Shown here: in pieces, positions 18,706 through 27,112 of the stretch
Layout: each line of letters opens with the position of its first letter
Position numbering within the stretch: the first letter of the stretch is position 1
Origin: an uncultured delta proteobacterium
Lineage (GTDB): Bacteria > Desulfobacterota > Binatia > Binatales > Binataceae
Assembly (NCBI GenBank): GCA_963789115.1
Contig: CAWBJH010000002.1
Span: forward strand, 447,412 to 511,411
Direction of reading: 5' to 3'
Length of the DNA: 64,000 nucleotides
Program-made: the position numbers and the translations under genes
The notes under the pieces: model-generated
Databases searched by the model: none
The model's input: only the letters and a program-made list of their open reading frames with translations
What the model was told of the DNA's origin: nothing

Positions 18706-19554
18706 TTAGACCGAGTCCTCTCTCAGGTTTGCGCTGCGCGAGCGCCGCCGCACGAGCTGTATCGCGCGTCGTGCGATAGCGCGCGCGGCCGGTTCGCGTA
18801 CCCGGCTATAGCTGGGCCAGTCGTTAAAGTCGATAATCACTATCCGACCGCCCGGCTCGATGATCGCGTCGCCGCCCCAGGCCTCCAGCCCCAGCGCCGC
18901 GGCTGCCCTCGACGCAGCGCTTGCGAGCTCGGTTTCGATCGCCTCGGGAACCGTGCCCTGGTCGGCCAGCGCGGCAAAATACTCGCCGCCGCTCACGCCG
19001 TAGAACTTGAGCACCCTGCCCTCGACCTCCTCCTGCACGTAGGCGATGGGAATTGCGCGGCGCGAGAAGCCGGCCAGCGCCGCGCGCAACTCGCCAAGGC
19101 CGACAACGCGTCTCACGTCGTCGGGCTCCAGCGCGTGCAGGCCGCCCCGTTTGACGTAGAGCGGCTGCGAGAGATCGATACCCGGGAGCGATCGCGCATC
19201 GGCGACCGCGGCGGTCTCGACCAGTACGCCGGCGGGAATCGGCACCCCGGCGCGCGCCAGGCCGTGCCCCAGCAGATCGCGGTAGCAGTTGCGAATCGCA
19301 AGCGCCGAGTTGAGCGCGACGGCCCCGGATTGCTCGGCCGCCGCCATCCATCCAAGCGCCGCCTCACCCTGGCACATCGCGAGAATCAGGTCAGCGTGCT
19401 CATCGCGGAGGTCACCGAGCCGCGCGGGCTTGGTCGCGGCGACCCGAAACCCGTTGCGCTCGAGCGCCGACAGAACCGAGTCGAGGATCGCCTTGTCGGC
19501 CTCGACCTTGCCGGGCGAGAACTCGGTTTCGCGATAAATTCCGAGCGCCAACAT
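18706..19554 (-). CDS. ATP-grasp domain protein
   Basis: 282 aa from MLALGIY. Central YVKRGG..HA and C-terminal GGDAIIEPGGRIVIIDFNDWPSY resemble the ATP-grasp Mg/ATP site. Confidence 0.6.
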   Translation of the reverse strand: MLALGIYRETEFSPGKVEADKAILDSVLSALERNGFRVAATKPARLGDLRDEHADLILAMCQGEAALGWMAAAEQSGAVALNSALAIRNCYRDLLGHGLARAGVPIPAGVLVETAAVADARSLPGIDLSQPLYVKRGGLHALEPDDVRRVVGLGELRAALAGFSRRAIPIAYVQEEVEGRVLKFYGVSGGEYFAALADQGTVPEAIETELASAASRAAAALGLEAWGGDAIIEPGGRIVIIDFNDWPSYSRVREPAARAIARRAIQLVRRRSRSANLREDSV

Positions 19555-19558
19555 GATC

Positions 19559-20347
19559 CTATCTCTGCATCCGGGAGGAAGCGCCGCCCGCGCAGGCTTC
19601 GGAAACTTTTTCCGCACCCTGCCCGGATTCACCTCGTGCGGACAGCATCGCACGGGCGGCCGCGAGGTCGGCCGGCTCGTCAACATCGACGACATCGGCA
19701 AGCTCGATCGCCGCAAAGCGCATCCCGGTCTTGACCAGGTAGCCCAGAAACTCGCGCATCGCAGCGAGGCCGGCGGCGCGCGCCTGTCCAACGAAGCCGA
19801 AAATTTCGGTCGAGAACAGGTAGACCCCCGCCGTGACCTGCGGGGTCTCGCTTGCGCCGAGCGAGGTGATCAGACCGCCGGAATCGACCGCGGCAAAAAG
19901 CGGGCGCGCGTCACCACGCCATCGCGACACCCCGAGCGCGCCGTCGAAGCGCCGATCCCCCGGCGCGGTCAGTTCGAGCGCGCGGGCCGTGAAGCGTTGG
20001 AACTCGGGGCGCGGGAGCACCGCGTCAACGGTCGCCATGATGAAATGGTCCTTAGGAAGGTTCTCGCCGAGCACGAAGAGGGTCTCCATCGAGTTCGCCG
20101 TATCGCGCACGAACAATCTGAGCTCCTCGGGCAATTTGACTTTACGCGCTTCGATAAGGCGCGCGGTCTCGGAGTTGACGACCGCCAATACCGGGCTCGC
20201 GCCCGCCGCGGCCATCGCCAGCGCCTGACGCACCAGGAGCGGATGGCCGTCGAGCTCGATTAGCGGCTTGGGCAAGCCGCCCGCCGATTCGCGGATGCGT
20301 TCGCCCTTGCCGGCGGCCAGTATCGCGCCAATGAGAGCCTTCATCAT
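19559..20347 (-). CDS. Sugar-phosphate nucleotidyltransferase (NTP_transferase family)
   Basis: GAILAAGKGERI..LPKPLIELDGHPLL signature. The last ~25 aa are encoded by a family-A repeat hairpin at 19593-19621. Confidence 0.8.
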   Translation of the reverse strand: MMKALIGAILAAGKGERIRESAGGLPKPLIELDGHPLLVRQALAMAAAGASPVLAVVNSETARLIEARKVKLPEELRLFVRDTANSMETLFVLGENLPKDHFIMATVDAVLPRPEFQRFTARALELTAPGDRRFDGALGVSRWRGDARPLFAAVDSGGLITSLGASETPQVTAGVYLFSTEIFGFVGQARAAGLAAMREFLGYLVKTGMRFAAIELADVVDVDEPADLAAARAMLSARGESGQGAEKVSEACAGGASSRMQR

Positions 20348-21096
20348 TCAAGTTTCAGCAGTTCGTCGAGTGTGTGAATTTTCCGATCCGCAAAGTCATG
20401 TACCGGACCGGCATGATGCCGATCGGGGCCGCACAGCCATATCGTCGCGAGCCCCAGCTTGCGCGCCGGGATGCAATCCTTGTCGGGCGAGTCGCCGACC
20501 ATCGCCACGCTGCCCGGGTCGGCGGTCATCTTCAGCTCCGCCAGCGCGTGCCCGAAAATCCGCGGGTCCGGCTTGAAGATGCCGACGCGCGAGGAATCCA
20601 CCACCGCGTCGAGCAATTCCAGCATCCGCGCTTCGCCGAGCACCCGGTCCAGATTGCCGTAGAAGTTGGAGACCACGCCCAGCCGCAAGCGCGGCTTCAG
20701 CTCCGCCAGGACCTTGCGGCTGTGCGCCATCCCGCGCATCGATTCTTCCGCGAACTCCGCCGCCGTCCGCTCCGCGAAGCGACCGTGGCCGCCATCGCCC
20801 AGACCGGCGATGCGCTCGCGGACCGCCTCGGGCCCGTTGCGTTCCAGATACTCGACCTGATGCGCGACGAGGAAGCAGACCGTGTCGCGCAGACCCCGGC
20901 TGCGCATCGACTCGGACGACTGGTAGCCGGCTTGGGTGGCGTACCGGTAGGCCGGGTCGAGCTGGTCGCGGGAAAGCTCGATACCGAGGTTTCGGTAATG
21001 CAAGACGAAGCGGTCGAGCCAATGCCGAGGCGCGTCGAGAGTGCCGCCAAAGTCGAACAGCAATGCGCGAAAAGCCACCAAATCTTTCACCCACAC
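20344..21096 (-). CDS. HAD-superfamily hydrolase (subfamily IA-like)
   Basis: LLFDFGGTLD motif I, VVSNFYG motif II and MVGDSPDKD motif IV. Confidence 0.8.
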   Translation of the reverse strand: MWVKDLVAFRALLFDFGGTLDAPRHWLDRFVLHYRNLGIELSRDQLDPAYRYATQAGYQSSESMRSRGLRDTVCFLVAHQVEYLERNGPEAVRERIAGLGDGGHGRFAERTAAEFAEESMRGMAHSRKVLAELKPRLRLGVVSNFYGNLDRVLGEARMLELLDAVVDSSRVGIFKPDPRIFGHALAELKMTADPGSVAMVGDSPDKDCIPARKLGLATIWLCGPDRHHAGPVHDFADRKIHTLDELLKLE

Positions 21097-21309
21097 CGCT
21101 CACTTCGCTCGGCTCGATGGGAGTCTCGCCAATGCGTCGAGCAAAGCGAGAATGGTCGTCAAAAATCGACCCAAGCGAACATCGCGGTTAAGGAAGCTTA
21201 TCAGTCCGCGAGATCCGCCACTAGAATGCGGCGGGATCGAGCGCCGGCTGAAGCCGGAAGGGCCGCCCGCAGACCGCTTGGTCAGGAACCCGGCTTCCCT
21301 TATACTACG

Positions 21310-21338
21310 TTGACTTGAAGGATCGATTCGTTTAGTAA
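21310..21338 (+). promoter_or_regulatory. Candidate sigma70-type promoter for the plus-strand operon
   Basis: TTGACT, 17-nt spacer, TAGTAA. Located in the divergent intergenic region. Confidence 0.3.
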
Positions 21339-21361
21339 CACAACCTTAACAAAAGCGTCGA

Positions 21362-21397
21362 TTTTGAGCTGAGCCATTGTTTTGAGCTGAGCCATTG
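21362..21397 (+). repeat. Perfect 18-bp tandem duplication TTTTGAGCTGAGCCATTG x2 that includes the TTG start codon
   Basis: 21362-21379 equals 21380-21397. The second copy supplies the start at 21395. Confidence 0.9.
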
Positions 21398-22603
21398 ATA
21401 GACACAGCCCTGATTCGGGCGCCTTCGCGCCCTTCGGACTCGATCTTCGGGCGCGCCCTGCTCCAGCGGCTTGTCCTGATGTGTCAACGCGCCGGGGTTA
21501 AGCGGTTCTTCATCGAGTCGCCACCCGCGCAGCGCGCCGAGCTTGAGCGGCTCATAGCCGGATGCCCGGACGGTTCGCAGTTCTCGTTCGTGGATTCGAT
21601 CGACCAGGTGCTCGCCCCCCCCTTTGATATCGAGCCCTCGCAGACCTGCCTCGCGCTTGCGGGCAACCTCGTATTCGGACGCTTGCAGCTCAAGCAGATT
21701 CTCGCGATGAATGCGGCGCATCCGGAGCGCCTCGCGAAGCTCGAGAGCGCAGGCGGCAACGGCGCTGCCGGCGCGACGATGGCGGCGGGTCCAGCCGCCG
21801 ATCTTCTGGCCGAGCTGTCGGCGCAGGGCGGAGCGGCCAACGGCAACGCCGCGGCCGCCGGCGCGCGCGACATCGCCCTGCCCTACTCGCTTAACGGAAG
21901 GCTTGAGGAGCGGGATGAGGCCGAGCTCCGGATCGCGATCTCGCTGCGGCACGAGACCGCGCACAAGGACGGGATTCTGGCTCGCCTGCTGGACCGCAAG
22001 GTCTCGTGGCGAGTGAGCTATCGTCTCGCGCATACCTCGATAACGCCGAACCAAGTGACTCTCTTCAACACCGCGGTCGGACTTACGTGCGCATCGATGT
22101 TCGCGTCGCCGGGCTACTGGATGCGCGTCGCGGCCTCGCTCCTGTTCCTGGTGTCGGTCACGCTCGACGGCGTCGACGGCGAGCTGGCGCGCCTGCGGAT
22201 GACCGAATCGGCCGCGGGAGGCCGGCTGGACTCGCTCACGGACAATATCGTTCACGTGGCGTTGTTCGTGGGCTTGATGGTTGGATGCTATCGCGCGAGC
22301 GGCAGCGTCGCCTACCTCTATCTGCTCTTGATACTGATGGGTGGTTTTGGCCTGTGCGCGTGGAGCGTCGATCGTGCGCTCAGCGTGCGGGGCCACGATG
22401 CCGAGTTGTGGCTCTCGCGCGTGGACCAGCTCACCGGGCGCGATTTCGCGTACCTGCTGGTGGTCCTGGCGCTATTCGATCGAATCTACTACTTCGCATG
22501 GGGAACCGCCCTGGGTACTTACGTGTTCGCTCTGGGCCTGTGGTGGATGACCAGCAGGCGCGTCGAGCGAAGCAACCGTGAAACGGCGCGAGAGGGCGCA
22601 TGA
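21395..22603 (+). CDS. Fusion protein: degenerate nucleotidyltransferase-like N-domain + CDP-alcohol phosphatidyltransferase (IPCT/DIPPS-like architecture)
   Basis: C-terminal half has [28 protein letters not shown] (D-G-x2-A-R..G-x3-D-x3-D) and several TM helices. The N-terminal part resembles an NTP-transferase fold but lacks the GxGxR loop. Confidence 0.8.
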   Translation: MIDTALIRAPSRPSDSIFGRALLQRLVLMCQRAGVKRFFIESPPAQRAELERLIAGCPDGSQFSFVDSIDQVLAPPFDIEPSQTCLALAGNLVFGRLQLKQILAMNAAHPERLAKLESAGGNGAAGATMAAGPAADLLAELSAQGGAANGNAAAAGARDIALPYSLNGRLEERDEAELRIAISLRHETAHKDGILARLLDRKVSWRVSYRLAHTSITPNQVTLFNTAVGLTCASMFASPGYWMRVAASLLFLVSVTLDGVDGELARLRMTESAAGGRLDSLTDNIVHVALFVGLMVGCYRASGSVAYLYLLLILMGGFGLCAWSVDRALSVRGHDAELWLSRVDQLTGRDFAYLLVVLALFDRIYYFAWGTALGTYVFALGLWWMTSRRVERSNRETAREGA

Positions 22604-23925
22604 AGAAACCTCGAATCCTGCTGGTGCAGCCCACGACCGTTCATCTCGACGGCACGCCCCATAAGACGCGATGGCGCCTGATCATGGGGCTGATGATCCC
22701 GCTGATGGCCGGCCTGACACCCGACGATTTCGACGTCACGCTCTGCGACGAGCGGCTGGAGGACATCGATTTCGGCGCGGGATGGGACCTGGTCGGGATG
22801 ACCACCACGATCGGCGCCTCGCTGCGCGCCTACCAGCTCGCCGACGAGTTCCGCAAGCGCGGGATCCCGGTCGTGATGGGCGGGTTTCACGCCACGCTTC
22901 AGACCGCCGAGGCGCTCAAACATGCCGACGCGGTCGTGCAGGGAGAGGCCGACCTGGTATGGGAGCCGCTGCTGCGCGACTGGCAGGAAGGCAAGCTAAA
23001 ACGGGTCTACAAGGCCGACAAGCTCCACGACCTGAGGGGCCTGCCGCGCCCGCGCCACGAGCTGCTCAAGCTCAACCGCTATCTGTTCAAGGCCGTGCCG
23101 ATACAGGCGAGCCGCGGATGCCCCTACCGGTGCTCGTTCTGCGAGATTCCGGTGTTCTACGACGGGAGCTATCGCACGCGCCCGGTCGGCGACATCGTCG
23201 AGGAGGTCAAGCAGACCATCGCGGCTACCGGCTTCCGGCGCTTCCAGTTCATCGACGATCAGATCACCGGCAAGCACAAGTTCGCCCGCGAGCTGTTCAA
23301 GGCGCTCGCGCCACTCAACATCCGGTTCTCGGCGCTGTGGACGATCAACTCGAATCACGACGAGGAGCTGCTCGACCTGGCGGCCAAGGCCGGGATCTTC
23401 CACGTCAATATCGGGGTCGAGTCGATCAGCCAGGACAGCCTGCTGTCGATGAACAAGATCCAGAACCACGTCGGCCAGTACAAAAAGCTCCTCGGCCGCC
23501 TCAAGAAGCACGGAATTTACTACTCGCTCAACTTTATGTTCGGGCTCGACGAGGACAAGCCGGGCATCTTCGACGCCACGATGCGCTTCTTGCACGAGGT
23601 CAAGGCGCCGGAGGCGTTCTTCAACACGGTCACGCCGCGGGTGGGCACGCCGATGCGCGCCAAGCTCGAGGACGAAGGGCGAGTGATCATCCCGGACGCC
23701 GACATGTACACCAACAATTTCCGCTGCATGTTCGTGCCCAAGAACTTGTCGCCGCAGGACGTCGAGGAAGGCGTGTGGCGATGCACGACCGAGTTCTACT
23801 CGCTCAAGTCGATGTTCAAGCGGCTGCTGATGCCGCCCAGCCGCTACACCTGGCAGGGCCTGACCGAGAACATGCTCTTCTACTGGGGCGCCAAGCAGCG
23901 GATCGATCCGGTGGACTACTACTGA
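22600..23925 (+). CDS. B12-binding-domain radical SAM protein
   Basis: N-terminal cobalamin-binding-like region (WDLVGMTT..) and [12 protein letters not shown] CxxxCxxC. ATGA overlap with the upstream gene. Confidence 0.85.
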   Translation: MKKPRILLVQPTTVHLDGTPHKTRWRLIMGLMIPLMAGLTPDDFDVTLCDERLEDIDFGAGWDLVGMTTTIGASLRAYQLADEFRKRGIPVVMGGFHATLQTAEALKHADAVVQGEADLVWEPLLRDWQEGKLKRVYKADKLHDLRGLPRPRHELLKLNRYLFKAVPIQASRGCPYRCSFCEIPVFYDGSYRTRPVGDIVEEVKQTIAATGFRRFQFIDDQITGKHKFARELFKALAPLNIRFSALWTINSNHDEELLDLAAKAGIFHVNIGVESISQDSLLSMNKIQNHVGQYKKLLGRLKKHGIYYSLNFMFGLDEDKPGIFDATMRFLHEVKAPEAFFNTVTPRVGTPMRAKLEDEGRVIIPDADMYTNNFRCMFVPKNLSPQDVEEGVWRCTTEFYSLKSMFKRLLMPPSRYTWQGLTENMLFYWGAKQRIDPVDYY

Positions 23926-23928
23926 GCC
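23856..23928 (+). repeat. Direct repeat DR-L (73 bp): native 3' end and stop codon of the radical SAM gene
   Basis: 72/73 identical to 33224-33296. Confidence 0.95.
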
Positions 23929-24256
23929 AAAATCAAGGGTTTTGGGGCCGTCGCGCCTCGCCGGGCGGACGCGGGACGGCGGGCACCGCCCGGGGCGCGT
24001 TTCAGACCGCGTTTCGATGTTTCCTGCGGCCGTCCGCACAGCGGCATCCCGGATAGAACCGTCCGACCCGCTAAGCCTGATTGCGGTACTGGAACCGGCA
24101 CAGCGCGAGCGCGCCGCCAAGGCTGCGTCTACCGTCCGCCCTACTAGGGAGAAGGTCGAGAGATGAGCGAGACAGTAACCTGCGCTGATGTTTAAACCCA
24201 AGCGGCCGGGGCGCACTGGTACCTATCTAATCGGTGCCTATCGGTTAGTCGGGCAG

Positions 24257-25135
24257 CTAGTACGAAGGCCGCAATCTCGCAAAGACATATATTCGGTTCC
24301 ACTGCGCGACGGGAGTCGTACCGGCTAACAACTTTGGAACGTCTTCGCCGCATAGCACCTTCGCCCACTCACTTTCGGCGCAAAACAGCTTCGCCTGCTC
24401 ACTGATTACGATTAATGGCGCACCGGGGTAGCCTACCAATTCTGGTCTCACCCCCGGATACTTACGCAAATAGTAGCCGAGGACAGTACCCGAGTAACGC
24501 AGCTCGACGCTTACCGGAACGCCACGGATCAAATAAGGCGCGACGAATTTTGCAGCTTCGGCCCACTGGGTTCCCAACTGTACGTCGGTCGCTGGGTCAT
24601 AGGCGCGAATGCGTAACAGCGCGAGGGCCGCCACCAGTGCAACCGCTGCAAATCGCGCCCAGTTGGCGCGAAGCTCCCAAATTCCCAGCGCGATGAGAAT
24701 ACAGAACGGCAGCAGGCTTGCAATGACATAACGCTCGAACAAAATGGGGAACCATGCGCCCGCGAAAACAGTCAGCAACATGACTGGGTGCCACATTTGC
24801 ACGGCCAGCAACATTACAGGCATCGACAGCCACAGCAGGAGGAATGCGGCAACCTCGCGCGTCCGTTGCCAACAGACGACAGCTCCCCATCCGGCGAGCG
24901 CGGCCGTCAATGGAAATAGAAGGCTGCGAACCGCTGCCGGGAGGATCCCATACACGGCGTACAGCGACGTGGGCCTCTCCCAAGCTTCGTGAGTGACAGA
25001 ATATAGCAAACGCCACGGCGTCGAAAACACGATCACTGCCCCGGCCCCGGCGAGCGCGATTCCAAGCCACCAAGCGTACCGTGAGTGTGGCTCGCATGGT
25101 TGCTCGATGCGACTTTCCCGCTCGTGGCCAGTCAT
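24257..25135 (-). CDS. Hypothetical polytopic membrane protein
   Basis: 292 aa with about 6 TM segments and a soluble C-terminal part. Hand-counted 53% GC at 24401-24500. Confidence 0.5.
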   Translation of the reverse strand: MTGHERESRIEQPCEPHSRYAWWLGIALAGAGAVIVFSTPWRLLYSVTHEAWERPTSLYAVYGILPAAVRSLLFPLTAALAGWGAVVCWQRTREVAAFLLLWLSMPVMLLAVQMWHPVMLLTVFAGAWFPILFERYVIASLLPFCILIALGIWELRANWARFAAVALVAALALLRIRAYDPATDVQLGTQWAEAAKFVAPYLIRGVPVSVELRYSGTVLGYYLRKYPGVRPELVGYPGAPLIVISEQAKLFCAESEWAKVLCGEDVPKLLAGTTPVAQWNRIYVFARLRPSY

Positions 25136-25368
25136 ACGATGGTGGACGGAGGAATGACTGTTCGCGGATCGGTATGTTCACCAGTGTCAGGTTCGGCCGT
25201 CGCGGCACCTTCCGCAGAGTGCAAACGCCGGAACAGAGAAGGGTCTCGCCGCATTTTCAGAAGCTTTGTGAGACCAGGATTTCGACGTCCAGTAGATGAT
25301 TACCGGCTTCGGCAAGCCGGCTTTACTCCTTGATTTTGCCGGACTAATCTTCGCGAAAGGTTTCTACT

Positions 25369-26025
25369 GTGTCGCCGATCCCCGAGCTGACCCCGACTCT
25401 CCTGGACGGTATATGCCGGAATGGACCGACCGACCCCATCGAGTACTACCGGCGTCCGCTCATCGGGCGCCTCTACCGGGGGCGAATCAATCTGGGGCTT
25501 CGGATGCTCGGCGACCGGCGGTACACCAAGGCGCTGGAGGTCGGTTACGCCGCCGGCGCTGTGCTGCTTGCTCTTGCGCCGAGCGTGGACGACCTGCACG
25601 GAATCGACCTCGAAGCCGATCCTGCCCCGGTAGAGGCACTGCTCACCAGGCGCGGTTGCGCTGCAAAGCTCGCGCAGGGCAGCGTGTGTGAGCTGCCATA
25701 CGACGGCGCGGAGTTCGATCTCGTCGTCTGCTTCTCGGTCTTCGAGCACCTGCATGAGTACCAAAAAGCCCTCCGCGAGGTAGCGCGCGTCCTCAAACCC
25801 GGCGGACGCTTTCTTCTCGGCATGCCTGCGGTGAACCTGATGATGGAAGCGGGCTTCCGGGCGATAGGATTCAAGGGCATCGGTGACCACCACGTTACAA
25901 CGCCGCGCGCGGTCGCACGAGCGTTCGATGATGTCGGTCTGCGCGTCGTCCAGGGGGCTCAGTTGCGTCCGATTCCCGGCGTCTCGGTGTACTTCAACTG
26001 GTTGCTGGAGAAGGTCGAGAGATGA
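25369..26025 (+). CDS. Class I SAM-dependent methyltransferase
   Basis: ALEVGYAAG motif I, then FDLVVCFSVFEHL and VLKPGGRFLL. Confidence 0.8.
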   Translation: MSPIPELTPTLLDGICRNGPTDPIEYYRRPLIGRLYRGRINLGLRMLGDRRYTKALEVGYAAGAVLLALAPSVDDLHGIDLEADPAPVEALLTRRGCAAKLAQGSVCELPYDGAEFDLVVCFSVFEHLHEYQKALREVARVLKPGGRFLLGMPAVNLMMEAGFRAIGFKGIGDHHVTTPRAVARAFDDVGLRVVQGAQLRPIPGVSVYFNWLLEKVER

Positions 26026-26096
26026 GCGAGGCAACAAAGCGAAGAACCCGGCGGCGCGGTTTCTGAACACGGTTGCTGCCAGATGTGCCGCGCCAG

Positions 26097-26942
26097 CTAT
26101 TGCTCGCATCGCGCGATGACGTTGAAGCCGCTTCCCTCAGGCACCGCCGCATTCAGAAGCTTCGGATCTGAAGCCAGTCCGCGACCTGAAAGACTGGAGA
26201 GTCGATAGCCAGCGCTCGCGAGAAGCGAGAGTAGTTCATCGACCGAGCGCCCGTGCTCGACCAGGACATAAGGAGACAGCTCCATGAGGATGATCGGTTT
26301 GTAGGCCGCCAGTGACTTGATGCCGCCCGCCAGAACGTGGCATTCGAAACCGTCGACGTCCATTTTTATGAAATCGACTTTCCTGACCCCCGAAGCGACC
26401 AGATAGGCGTCGAGGGTGGAGACGCGCGCACCTTTGGTCGACTGATAGCGCCCTCCGTGCTTCGGATGCAGGTTGCTTTCGCTGACCACCGGCCAGCTCG
26501 AGTAGATTTCCGCGTCAAGCAGCGAGTCATCGCGATCGCTGAGCATGACCTGGTCGGCCATGATCCGCGCGCGCAGCGGCGGGTTGAGATCGATATTTCG
26601 GCGCAGCTTTGCAAAAGCAAACGCCGTCGGCTCGAACGCGTAAACGCGGCCCTTTGGTCCAACCAGCCGGGCGAATTGCAGGGTGTGCGCGCCTATGTTC
26701 GCGCCGATGTCCAGCACGACATCGTCGGGCTTCAGCAGCCGCCCATACGCCCTTACCGTCGAGCTTTCGAAAACCCTCAGAAAGATGGCAAGGTCGATAC
26801 CTTCCCTCAGATCGAGTTCCCACCGAAGGCCCCTTCGGGTCACTTCGACGATGTCGTTGCGAGCGCCGGCCAACCTTCGCGCCGATCGAACGGCGCTGGA
26901 GAGAGCGGCGGCGATCCTGATCTTGGTTCTGGTTCTCAACAA
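26097..26942 (-). CDS. FkbM-family methyltransferase
   Basis: VLDIGANIGAHTLQFA..RVYAFEP..FIKMDVDGFECHVL. Confidence 0.85.
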   Translation of the reverse strand: MLRTRTKIRIAAALSSAVRSARRLAGARNDIVEVTRRGLRWELDLREGIDLAIFLRVFESSTVRAYGRLLKPDDVVLDIGANIGAHTLQFARLVGPKGRVYAFEPTAFAFAKLRRNIDLNPPLRARIMADQVMLSDRDDSLLDAEIYSSWPVVSESNLHPKHGGRYQSTKGARVSTLDAYLVASGVRKVDFIKMDVDGFECHVLAGGIKSLAAYKPIILMELSPYVLVEHGRSVDELLSLLASAGYRLSSLSGRGLASDPKLLNAAVPEGSGFNVIARCEQ

Positions 26943-27112
26943 GGCGCTCGCGCGGCGGGGTCGATCGTGCGCACGGCGCCGCCATCGCGTTTGCCCCAGC
27001 GGCGTCCAGTGCGCTATTAGGCCTCTAAGTCAGGTTTACTGGCGGGTCTAGCATCGCTTTGGAGACTTTTCCCGGGTCAGCTAATCTGTTCCCCGGCTGA
27101 AACCGCTGCACT

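Noticed and set aside
17359-19734. 791-aa plus-strand ORF, the longest in this part of the track
   Set aside because: It lies antisense to three well-supported minus-strand genes (aminotransferase, ATP-grasp, nucleotidyltransferase). It is Arg/Ala/Gly/Pro-rich with no recognisable motifs, which is typical of a shadow ORF in high-GC DNA.
21332-22396. 354-aa minus-strand ORF opposite the CDP-alcohol transferase gene
   Set aside because: The plus frame contains the complete D-G-x2-A-R..G-x3-D-x3-D motif and TM helices. The minus frame is Arg-rich nonsense.
22671-24216. 461-aa (+) and 406-aa (-) ORFs overlapping the radical SAM gene
   Set aside because: The frame at 22600-23925 carries the CxxxCxxC and B12-domain features. 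The alternatives are compositional artefacts.
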